64,000 bases of DNA, taken from the NCBI GenBank assembly GCA_963803655.1, contig CAWDNR010000006.1:10222-74221 (forward strand). The letters run 5' to 3'. A model generated the notes under the pieces. It was not told the origin of the DNA and made no database searches. It saw only the letters and a list, made by a program, of their open reading frames with translations. Both the position numbers and the translations under genes were made by a program. The stretch comes from Terriglobia bacterium. Lineage in GTDB: Bacteria; Acidobacteriota; Terriglobia; Terriglobales; Acidobacteriaceae. Within the stretch, counting starts at the first letter, position 1. Every line of letters starts with the position of its first letter. Shown one piece after another: positions 39,539-47,885 of the stretch.

Positions 39539-40086
39539 AATCGACAGGTTTGGAAGCTTTCATGGAGACAGTGGGTCGGAATGGAGAGACACTGCAGGAA
39601 TCGGGAAAAATCTCGTGCGGAAACTGGTTAGTCCAGGGAACGAATGGTTTGTTTGAAGACAAAGAAAATCGCCGTGAGCGCTATTTGCCAGCCGATAACC
39701 TTCAACTTTGACAGCTGGACTTCGAGCCAACATTTTTTTTCGACCACGACATTTGCCTTCAGGGCACAAGGCGCAATGCGCCTCCTGCCACCAACTGTTC
39801 CCCCTTTTAAACCTTGTGGGTGTCCCTGTCTGTCCGGTAGCGCTCCAATCTCCCCGAGAGTCGTCCACCCTGTTATCGATCTTCAATCCGGTGGGCGAGA
39901 ATGAGGGTTGGATCAGCAGCCTAGGCAAAGGCGCGATTCACCGCTGGCCAGCTGGCCCTGCCGGTGCGAAGGGCTTGAAATCAGATCCGGAGTGCCCCGT
40001 CCTCGTCTCTCCTTTTTTTGGAGAGAAAGGGCGGGGTTCTTGTTGTCCCCGGGGAAAATGAACCCAATCTTCTGTGGTGATTCCAA

Positions 40087-40126
40087 CCCACCCTGTCGTT
40101 CCAAAGAACGGAACGACGAGGGTGGG
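40087..40126. repeat. REP-like perfect hairpin directly after the second YCII gene
   Basis: CCCACCCTGTCGTTCC-AAAGAA-CGGAACGACGAGGGTGGG, same CCCACCCT..CCAAAGAAC family as 38554..38603. Confidence 0.55.
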
Positions 40127-40134
40127 GGCACCCG

Positions 40135-40554
40135 TCATTTTCTTACGGCAGCTTGCTTGCGGAGGCGCGCTTCCTGCTCTCTGAGTTCGGGGGTCAATTC
40201 GGCGCCGAAGTCGTCCGCCTCGAACACCTGGCGAATTTCAATTTCGGTTCCGCCGTCGAAGGGACTGCGCTTGAGCCACTCGACGGCCTCTTCCATCGAC
40301 CTTACCTGCCACAGCCAGAAGCCGGCGATCAGCTCCTTGCTCTCGGTGAACGGTCCGTCAATGACGGTGTGCTTCCCGCCGGAGAACCTGACGCGCTTGC
40401 CCTTCGAGGTAGGATGAAGCCCCTCCCCGGCCAGCATCACGCCGGCTTTCACCAGTTCTTCGTTGAACTTCCCCATTGCGGTTAGGATTTCCCTGCTGGG
40501 CATAACGCCCGCTTCGCTGTTCTTGTCGGCCTTGACGATCACCATGAATCGCAT
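40135..40554 (-). CDS. YCII-related (DGPF) domain protein, paralog 2
   Basis: 139 aa. MRFMVIVKAD...VIDGPFTESKELIAGFWLWQVRSMEEAVEW. Confidence 0.75.
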   Translation of the reverse strand: MRFMVIVKADKNSEAGVMPSREILTAMGKFNEELVKAGVMLAGEGLHPTSKGKRVRFSGGKHTVIDGPFTESKELIAGFWLWQVRSMEEAVEWLKRSPFDGGTEIEIRQVFEADDFGAELTPELREQEARLRKQAAVRK

Positions 40555-40808
40555 TGTCGTGTCTCCTAAGAGGTTTTTATAATTTGGAGCCGCGCTTCCG
40601 GGCTCTACTTAGACGTCGAATGATCGGCTGCGAGATCGACAGTCGCGACAGTTTTTTCAAAATATTCGTTAAGTGCCGAAAATCTTTGACTTTACGGGCC
40701 TCGTGCTGGGTTCGTGATTTCTCTGCGTCCTTAACACAAAGTGCGTCGAGACACTGCAAAGTTCGCCAAGAAACACGAAACTTCAAGATTCTGGGCGTGG
40801 CGACTTCC

Positions 40809-41147
40809 TTAAGGAACTTTGGCCGAGGTATTGTTCGAAGGCGGGCTTTCATGACCGGCAGCGTCCACAGTTTTTATATAGTAGTAGTATGTTGTCCCGC
40901 TGGTCACCTTGGTATCGACATAGGTCGGGGCGACCACGTAGGCAAGAAATCCGAAACTCCCGTCGGGCAGGCTGCGATAAATGTTGTAGCCCACAACCGT
41001 CGAGTCCGGCTTGGGGGCCGGAGGACTCCACTTTAGCAGGACGCTATGCGCCTTCTCATTGGCCGTCACCCTAAGGAGCACCACGCCGACGATCCCGAAA
41101 AGAAGGATCGCCACGATCGCGGCCGGCAAGCGTAGTGCTCTTCTCAA
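40809..41147 (-). CDS. membrane-anchored fibronectin type III domain protein
   Basis: 112 aa with N-terminal TM, then LKWSPP...VVGYNIYRS...TSGTTYYYYIKTVDAAGHESPPS. Confidence 0.6.
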   Translation of the reverse strand: MRRALRLPAAIVAILLFGIVGVVLLRVTANEKAHSVLLKWSPPAPKPDSTVVGYNIYRSLPDGSFGFLAYVVAPTYVDTKVTSGTTYYYYIKTVDAAGHESPPSNNTSAKVP

Positions 41148-41152
41148 GGTCG

Positions 41153-41767
41153 TTATTTAACCGGCTGATTCACCAGCGAACCGGCTTCCGTAATGCTTCC
41201 TTTTACCAGGTCGGTCTGAAGTTTGAGCTTCTGGTGAGGACGCAGGTCGACCACCGTCTCAAACGGCAAATAGCCAGGTAGGGCGACACGAACGCTGTGC
41301 CGTCCGGGTGTAAGCAGCATCGCCTTTCCCACTCCATCGAACTCGTCGACGTGCCCGGCGAATTGATTGTCCACGAAGACCGCGGCCCGAGTCGGCGTGG
41401 CCGAGATTTTCAACTCCCCGGTGGCTTCGCGAGCGGTGGGGTGAGCGTCTCTTACCAGCGAGACATTGACTACGCTGGCTCGTCCGGGCTCAAGTATGAC
41501 CTCTTCCGCATAGTCTTTGTACCAGGCCTGCCGCACAAGGACGTCGTGTTTGCCGGGCAGCAGTACGATCTTCTTGTTGCCCGATAATTCTTTTACAAAG
41601 CCTACATACTGGCCGTCCACCCAGACGCCAGCGGTCTTCTCTGCCTTGTTGTGGCCCACGAACCTTAATTCGGATTGGACCCGATCCTCGGCATGCACCA
41701 TACCAACCAAAGCCATAATGGCCAGAATTGTGGGCAAACTTTTGCGACTAAACATTTCCACCTCCAA
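41153..41767 (-). CDS. PEGA domain protein, exported
   Basis: 204 aa with signal peptide and two beta-sandwich repeats (VWVDGQYVG.., VFVDNQFAGHV..LPGYLPFETVVDL). Confidence 0.6.
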   Translation of the reverse strand: MEVEMFSRKSLPTILAIMALVGMVHAEDRVQSELRFVGHNKAEKTAGVWVDGQYVGFVKELSGNKKIVLLPGKHDVLVRQAWYKDYAEEVILEPGRASVVNVSLVRDAHPTAREATGELKISATPTRAAVFVDNQFAGHVDEFDGVGKAMLLTPGRHSVRVALPGYLPFETVVDLRPHQKLKLQTDLVKGSITEAGSLVNQPVK

Positions 41768-41961
41768 AATACAGACTATGAACCAGTCTCAGAATGATTC
41801 TATTCGCTGCTTAAGGCTAGTAGCCAGAGGGATTCCCCGGTCCAGCGTGGGGAAGAGTCAGGGATGGTGTACAGGCGTGGGGGCCCGGGTATCAACGGAA
41901 AGTGGGGGCAATAAGAAAACCTGGGATTTTTACGACTGAAGACCGATGACTGACGACTGAC

Positions 41962-42513
41962 TTATCGATTCAAATACTGCCGCAGGCAGCGTACACACGG
42001 CACATATCCTTCTCGAATTGCTTCGCCCGCCGCGACCAGGCGAACTTCACCTTTCTCATGTTCATTCTTGTGCAGGTACTTGCAGCCTGGGACATGAAAA
42101 GTCTTGCCGTTCGCTGCAATCTCTACCATCATTTCCGGCGGAACGCCGATGCCTGGCTCAGCGTGGTAGGAACGAATTGCGTTGAGGGTGGGCGAGTCGA
42201 ATCTGGCCAGGGCGAAGCTCCCGGAAACCAGCGCCAGCGCGGCCACCGCGATCAGCCATCCGTAGGCCGTTCCTCGGGAACTGGGCATGGATTCTGCCAG
42301 CTTTCTTTCCCAGCGCGCGCTAAAACCGGCGGGCAATTCTACCAAACGATCGTCGGCGTACAAATGGACGATGTTTTTGGTTCCATCCAGGATGGCGGTG
42401 CAATGCTTGCATTCACGAAAATGCGCCTCCATCGCGGCCCGGAGTTCCGGGCCGACCTCGCCGTCGAGGTAGTTTGAGATTTCCCGCCAGACCTGTTCGC
42501 AACTGACTACCAT
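41962..42513 (-). CDS. anti-sigma factor (zf-HC2 type) with Cys-rich C-terminal domain
   Basis: N-terminal H-x3-C-x2-C (HFRECKHCTAIL), one TM (WLIAVAALALVSGSFAL), C-terminal HVPGCKY...GYVPCVRC. Overlaps the upstream sigma gene by 7 nt. Confidence 0.7.
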   Translation of the reverse strand: MVVSCEQVWREISNYLDGEVGPELRAAMEAHFRECKHCTAILDGTKNIVHLYADDRLVELPAGFSARWERKLAESMPSSRGTAYGWLIAVAALALVSGSFALARFDSPTLNAIRSYHAEPGIGVPPEMMVEIAANGKTFHVPGCKYLHKNEHEKGEVRLVAAGEAIREGYVPCVRCLRQYLNR

Positions 42514-43169
42514 GGCTTGCTCCCTTTCCCGAACGGCGCACGGCTGAACCAGCCATTCGCCAGGTCGGGCGCCAGAATGTCCCGCAGCATCAGCCTTGCT
42601 CTCAGCAGACGGGTCTTGACGCTGGCGATCGAGATGTTCAAGACCGCGGCGGTTTCTTCGATGCTGATTTGCTCCACGTCGCGCAAGACGAATACTTCCC
42701 GATACTTCTGTGCCAGGCTGGCCAACGCCTTGGCCAGCAAGGCCCGGATTTCGCTTCTTTCCAGTGCTTCGGATGGAATTTCCCGCCAGTCGGCGAAGTC
42801 CCGGGGAGTGTAGGCTCCTTCTTCATCCTGCAATTCCGCAATCGGCTCGAACAAGTCACCACGCTGCTTCCTCTGCCGCATGCGGGCTTCGTTCACCGTG
42901 ATCTGGATCAGCCAGGTGCTGAATTTCGATTCGCCGCGAAACTGCCGCAGGTTGGCAAAGGCCTTCAGAATGGCTTCCTGCGCCACATCCTGCGCATCTG
43001 CCTCATTGCGCAACAGGGCCAGCGCGGTGGCGTAAACCCGGCGCTCGTAGGGCTTGACCAGCGTGGCGAACTGGGAAGGCTCTCCCTTACAGATGCGGGC
43101 AATAAGGGATTGCTCGTCGTCATCGCCGGCGTCAGCTGTTCTCTCGACAATCGTCATTCGTCGCAACAT
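42507..43169 (-). CDS. ECF-subfamily RNA polymerase sigma-70 factor
   Basis: 220 aa. Region 2 DAQDVAQEAILKAFANLRQF..FSTWLIQITVNEARMRQRK, region 4 ISIEETAAVLNISIASVKTRLLRARLML. Confidence 0.85.
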   Translation of the reverse strand: MLRRMTIVERTADAGDDDEQSLIARICKGEPSQFATLVKPYERRVYATALALLRNEADAQDVAQEAILKAFANLRQFRGESKFSTWLIQITVNEARMRQRKQRGDLFEPIAELQDEEGAYTPRDFADWREIPSEALERSEIRALLAKALASLAQKYREVFVLRDVEQISIEETAAVLNISIASVKTRLLRARLMLRDILAPDLANGWFSRAPFGKGSKPW

Positions 43170-43199
43170 CTGGATTCAACGACCGGCGCGCAAGAACGG

Positions 43200-43919
43200 C
43201 TAGCGCTCAAGGTATTCGGGATTTTTCTTCCATCCCGTAAGCATGGACGCGAAATTATTCCAGCCGTGCAGAATGACCATGATGAGGTGTCCCAGAAGAA
43301 AGAACAGAATTGCCCACATCACCGCAAAATGCCAGATGCGGGCCCAGTGAAAACCGCCCATCATCCAGGCCAGCCAGGAAAACTGCACCGGCTTCCACAC
43401 TGCAAGTCCGGTCGCGACCGACAGAAAGCCCAGTCCCACAACTGACGTATACGCCAGTTTCTGCAGCGGGTTGTAAACCTCGCGGACAACCGGTTTTGGT
43501 CCAAAGAAAAAGTAATAGTGCACCATGGGCCAGACCGCGCGAATGTCTCGCGGAGTGAACAGCACCTGGCGATAATTCCGGCTGAACATCTGATAGCCAA
43601 GGTAGAAGAGGCCGGTCGCGATGTAGATCCACATAAAGGTGAGGTGCCACTGCAGGCCGCCGCCCAGCCATCCTCCCAGGGCGAACGCCCGGGGCCAATG
43701 CAACAAATCCTTCTGCGGGATTTTCGCGCCGAAGCTGGGGAAGGCGCGAAATATCTGAAAACCGCTCGCTACCATTACCAGCAGTGAGACTGCGTTCAGC
43801 CAGTGAGAGAATCGCACCGCCCAGGGATGTTCATAGACGGCCGGTTCCACTTCTCCCGTCTTGGGCGATTCGATTTCGATGACTGCTTCGTGCATAGTGC
43901 TCTCCCCACCCCCAGCCAA
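43200..43919 (-). CDS. b-type cytochrome membrane subunit (cytochrome b561/MsrQ-like)
   Basis: 239 aa with 4-5 TM helices and conserved His (RFSHWLNAVSLLVMV.., WHLTFMWIY, HFAVMW). Adjacent to the molybdoenzyme gene with no gap. Confidence 0.6.
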   Translation of the reverse strand: MAGGGESTMHEAVIEIESPKTGEVEPAVYEHPWAVRFSHWLNAVSLLVMVASGFQIFRAFPSFGAKIPQKDLLHWPRAFALGGWLGGGLQWHLTFMWIYIATGLFYLGYQMFSRNYRQVLFTPRDIRAVWPMVHYYFFFGPKPVVREVYNPLQKLAYTSVVGLGFLSVATGLAVWKPVQFSWLAWMMGGFHWARIWHFAVMWAILFFLLGHLIMVILHGWNNFASMLTGWKKNPEYLER

Positions 43920-44639
43920 CTACAATCCGTAGAACGACGAATAGCCCTGGTCTTCCCAGTAACCCACCCGGTCCAGAACATTTGTGACGTTCAGGTTGGT
44001 CAGATATTTGGCCTGCTTGTAGCCAATTTTCGTGGGAATGTTCAAGCGCACCGGAGCGCCATGCTCTCTGGTAAGCGGCTGGTCGTACATCTCATAACAA
44101 AGCAGGGTTTGCGGGTGCAGGGCGGTCGCCATGTCCAGCGATTCATAATAATCGTCGGCGCATTCGACCGTGATGAATCGGGCTGTCGTATCGGCGCCAA
44201 TCATCTTCAGGAAATCCGAAAGTCGCGCCCCTCCGAAGCGGCCGATGACGTCCCATCCCTCCACGCAGACATGGCGCGTGTTTTGCCGCACCCTGGGAAG
44301 CGCTTGAATTTGCGCCAGTGTGTAGTCTCCCGGCTTTTGCACCGCTCCGGCCACAGTAAGCGTCCACTTTTCGAGATCAACTCCGGGATCTGCCACGTCG
44401 TAGCCGTTGATGGGAAATTTTTCAAACGGGACTACGTCGGAGTCGGCAAAGGTAGTAGCCAGATGCCCGGAGCGGAACACTCTAGCGGAAGCCCAATCGC
44501 TGAAGCCCAGGCCGGCTTTCACCAGCGGCTCGCGGAGTTTGGGAATGGCGAAAGCTCCGACGGCAAGCACCGGCGCCAGCTTCAGCAATTCGCGGCGCGT
44601 GACCTTCTTGAACTTGCGGGAATCGATACGGGCTTCCAT
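43920..44639 (-). CDS. molybdopterin-dependent oxidoreductase, sulfite-oxidase fold (MsrP/YedY-like), Tat-exported
   Basis: 239 aa. Twin-arginine-like RRELLKLAPVLAVGAFA, HVCVEGW, HGAPVRLNIPTKIGYKQAKYL. Confidence 0.7.
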   Translation of the reverse strand: MEARIDSRKFKKVTRRELLKLAPVLAVGAFAIPKLREPLVKAGLGFSDWASARVFRSGHLATTFADSDVVPFEKFPINGYDVADPGVDLEKWTLTVAGAVQKPGDYTLAQIQALPRVRQNTRHVCVEGWDVIGRFGGARLSDFLKMIGADTTARFITVECADDYYESLDMATALHPQTLLCYEMYDQPLTREHGAPVRLNIPTKIGYKQAKYLTNLNVTNVLDRVGYWEDQGYSSFYGL

Positions 44640-44905
44640 GTGGATCCGTCTAGCGCCGGCGTCCCGCCGGCTGTCGGGAGGGGGTCTCGCCCTCCGCCAC
44701 CCGAGAGCATAAGTCTACCCGCCAATGAGATTCCTGGAGCAGAGAAAAGTTACAGTACGAAGGAAACAGAGAAGGGAGTGACTCGATGGAGCCGTGGTTC
44801 TCCGAATCCTGGTTATCATAAAATTTCAGGCACTCGCCGCCCAAAGAATTAGAGAATTAAGGTAAACTGAGCCGCCGTATGGAATCGATTTAAAACACAG
44901 GGATT

Positions 44906-46279
44906 ATGAGAAAACTGTCTTGGTTGTCCGCGCTCTTCTTCTGTTCCGCTGCTTCTCTTCTTGGCCAGATGGCAGGCATGCCGAGTGTCACTTTTACTAA
45001 AGATGTTGCGCCGATTCTGCAAAGGCATTGCCAGAGTTGCCATCGCCCGGGAGAAGCAGGGCCCTTCCCCATGCTCACCTATGAGGATGTTCGTCCCTGG
45101 ACCGGTGCGATCAAGCTCGCCGTCCAACAGCGAGTCATGCCGCCGTGGTATGCGGACCCTAAGTATGGGCACTTCTCGAACGAGCGGTCGTTGACCGAAA
45201 CGGAAATCCATACCCTCTTGTCCTGGACGGCCGAAGGCGCGCCTAAAGGCGATCCCAAGGATATGCCCGCGCCGATGAACTTCACCGAGGGTTGGGGTAT
45301 TCCCAAGCCGGACGTCGTATTGCAGCTGCCCAAGCCGTTTCCGGTGCCGGAGAGCGGCATGGTCGAGTATCAGTATGTGATCGTGCCCACCGGGTTTACC
45401 AAAGACACCTGGGTGCAAGCGGCCGAGGTCCGGCCCACCGAGCGTGCCGTGGTTCACCACATCATTGCCTTCGTTCGCGAGCCTGGATCGAATTACTTCA
45501 AGGACCAGAAACCAGGAGTCTTCTTTGAAGCGCCTCCCGCGAAAACCGACGAAAAGACCGACACAAGCGCGTTACCCAGCGACTTTCTGGTGGGCTATGC
45601 CCCGGGACAGCCCGCTGAAATCCTGCAGCCCGGCCAGGGAAAGCTGATTAAAGCTGGTTCCGATATCGTGTTTGAAGTGCACTACACGCCAAATGGCAAA
45701 GCCGTCATGGACCAGACCAAACTCGGCCTGGTGCTGGCTCGAGAGACGCCGAAAGACCGGGTGCAGACGCTCTCGGCCAGCAATGGCACCTTCAAGATTC
45801 CCCCGGGCGATCCCGACTACCGCGTCGATGCGTCGTTCGTAGTTGCCCAGCAGGTCGTGCTCTCGGCTTTGCATCCCCACATGCACACACGCGGGAAAGA
45901 TTTCGAATATCGCCTGGTATTTCCCAACGGCGAGACACGCACCATTCTGCAGGTGCCGGCCTACAACTGGCACTGGCAGCTCTGGTACAACCTGCAGGAA
46001 CCTATCGTTCTACCCAAGGGGACAAAGATCGAGTGCACGGCACATTTCGACAACTCCGCAAAAAATCCCGAGAATCCGGATCCCACCAAGACGGTGATCT
46101 GGGGCCAGCAGAACTGGGACGAGATGATGGTGGGTTTCTTCAACCTCGTCTATGACGCCAAAATGTCGCCGAAAGACCTGTTGCCTGACAAGGAGCCCAA
46201 CAAGAAGCCCAACAAGAAGCCCAACGAGAAGGAAGATCACCACGGCGAGAAAGCGACTTCTCCGGTGGCCAACCAGTGA
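44906..46279 (+). CDS. exported CxxCH heme-binding protein with PHM/DBH-like (copper type II ascorbate-dependent monooxygenase C-terminal-like) body
   Basis: 457 aa. Signal peptide, DVAPILQRHCQSCHRPG...MPPWYAD module, His-rich beta-sandwich region (HHIIAF, HPHMHTRG), low-complexity KEPNKKPNKKPNEKE tail. Coding is confident, function is tentative. Confidence 0.5.
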   Translation: MRKLSWLSALFFCSAASLLGQMAGMPSVTFTKDVAPILQRHCQSCHRPGEAGPFPMLTYEDVRPWTGAIKLAVQQRVMPPWYADPKYGHFSNERSLTETEIHTLLSWTAEGAPKGDPKDMPAPMNFTEGWGIPKPDVVLQLPKPFPVPESGMVEYQYVIVPTGFTKDTWVQAAEVRPTERAVVHHIIAFVREPGSNYFKDQKPGVFFEAPPAKTDEKTDTSALPSDFLVGYAPGQPAEILQPGQGKLIKAGSDIVFEVHYTPNGKAVMDQTKLGLVLARETPKDRVQTLSASNGTFKIPPGDPDYRVDASFVVAQQVVLSALHPHMHTRGKDFEYRLVFPNGETRTILQVPAYNWHWQLWYNLQEPIVLPKGTKIECTAHFDNSAKNPENPDPTKTVIWGQQNWDEMMVGFFNLVYDAKMSPKDLLPDKEPNKKPNKKPNEKEDHHGEKATSPVANQ

Positions 46280-46318
46280 GATCCCTGTGGACGGAAGGTT
46301 TCTGACCTGCTGCAACCG

Positions 46319-47347
46319 TTAGATCGTCTGCGCCAGGTATCTGGCAAACTGCTTTACATCCTGCTCCGTCGTATCGAAGGAGCACATCCAGCGCACCACC
46401 GATTGCTGCTCGTTCCACACGTAAAAGAAGTAGCGCTTTTGCAGCTTGGCAATGGCAGGGCGTGGGATCTTGGCAAATACTCCGTTGGCCTCTACCTTGT
46501 AAACAATCTTCACCTGCGGAACCTTGCGGAGTTCCTTCTGGAGCAGACGCGCCATGCGGTTGGCATGCTGTGCGCTCTTCAACCATAACTCGCCGGTAAA
46601 CAAGGCGTCGAATTGCGCCGAGATAAAGCGCATTTTGGAGGCCAGTTGCATGCCCTGCTTGCGCAAATACAGGAAGTCGGAGCCCAGTTTCTTGTCGAAG
46701 AAAACCACGGCTTCAGCTCCCAGAGCTCCATTCTTGGTTCCACCGAAGGACAGGACGTCCACTCCCAGGTCGCGCGTGGCTTGCCGGAGGTTTTGTCCCA
46801 GGCTGGCGGCCGCGTTCGCAATGCGGGCCCCGTCCATGTGCAGGAACATGCCGCGCTGATGAGCAAAACGGGCGATGGACTTTATTTCGTCAGGCTGGTA
46901 CACCGTCCCCACTTCAGTGGCCTGCGTGATGGAGATGACGCGGGGCTGCACGTGGTGCGGATCGCCGATACCATGGTAAGCATGACTGACGGCTTCGACT
47001 GTAAGCTTCCCGTTGGTCACAGGCACGGGAATGAGCTTGCAGCCGGTGAATTTCTCCGGAGCGCCGCATTCGTCGGTGTAGATGTGGGCGACTTCGCCGC
47101 AGATCACCGCCTGATAAGAATTGGTCAGCGCTTTCAGGCCCAGGCAATTGGCCGCGGTCCCGTTGAAAACGAAGAAGACTGCAATATCCGAGCCGAAACG
47201 CTGCTTGAATTTCTGTACCACAGATTCGGTGTAGGGGTCGTCTCCGTAGCCGACGGCATGGCCCCGGTTGGCCTCGCCAACGGCTTTTAAAACCTCGGGG
47301 TGAACTCCGGCATTGTTGTCGCTGGCAAAACTGCGGGCAGGCTTCAT
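46319..47347 (-). CDS. low-specificity threonine aldolase (beta-eliminating lyase family)
   Basis: From MKPARSFASDNNAGVHPEVL. FVFNGTAANCL, FGGTKNG PLP-lysine context. The track ORF extends 30 codons further upstream. Confidence 0.75.
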   Translation of the reverse strand: MKPARSFASDNNAGVHPEVLKAVGEANRGHAVGYGDDPYTESVVQKFKQRFGSDIAVFFVFNGTAANCLGLKALTNSYQAVICGEVAHIYTDECGAPEKFTGCKLIPVPVTNGKLTVEAVSHAYHGIGDPHHVQPRVISITQATEVGTVYQPDEIKSIARFAHQRGMFLHMDGARIANAAASLGQNLRQATRDLGVDVLSFGGTKNGALGAEAVVFFDKKLGSDFLYLRKQGMQLASKMRFISAQFDALFTGELWLKSAQHANRMARLLQKELRKVPQVKIVYKVEANGVFAKIPRPAIAKLQKRYFFYVWNEQQSVVRWMCSFDTTEQDVKQFARYLAQTI

Positions 47348-47885
47348 AATCAAAAAATAATGTAGCAGAGACCACATATGGCACGTTGGTGGTGTTACCG
47401 GGCGGGTACCGGAGTGATCTTGGCGAGGCGGGCCCACGCTACTATGTTGGTTGCATGGTGCTCGTTCTCATGATGGTGGTTCTGGCGTTCGGCCTGCTGT
47501 ACGTGGCGGTCGTAGCCGAAGAGCGGCAAATGCAGGAAGCCACCAAACCCCGCAAGCGCTAGACGTCAACTCCAGCGCTTCAATAGGGGGCTCATCTGGC
47601 TTTGGCCTCGCGCTTTCCCGATACGCTTCATGGGTCTATCGTTCCCAAAAGTTTCGCGTCTAGGTCTACACACTGACACTGTGTAGTTCTACCTGCAGCT
47701 TGGGCTCAGAGAGTCGCAGGCCCCCGCGCACGACTCGCATTTCGTGGGAGTACTTCATTCCGGTGCTGTATCTGATCATTGAAGGCTGGCGCGAAAGCGG
47801 GGAGTCGCCGGCCGGAGCGCCCGCATCCGAAGCGGATTGATTCAGAAGCGAAATGATTCAGAAACGAAAATGATAGGCTGGGCGG

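Noticed and set aside
43803-44852. 349-aa plus-strand ORF
   Set aside because: It is antisense to the MsrP-like and cytochrome b genes. This is a typical long antisense ORF of GC-rich DNA.
46193-46232. 12-nt tandem repeat as a contingency locus
   Set aside because: It is in-frame, only three units, and encodes a low-complexity lysine-rich tail. It is noted under the gene but not treated as a separate system.
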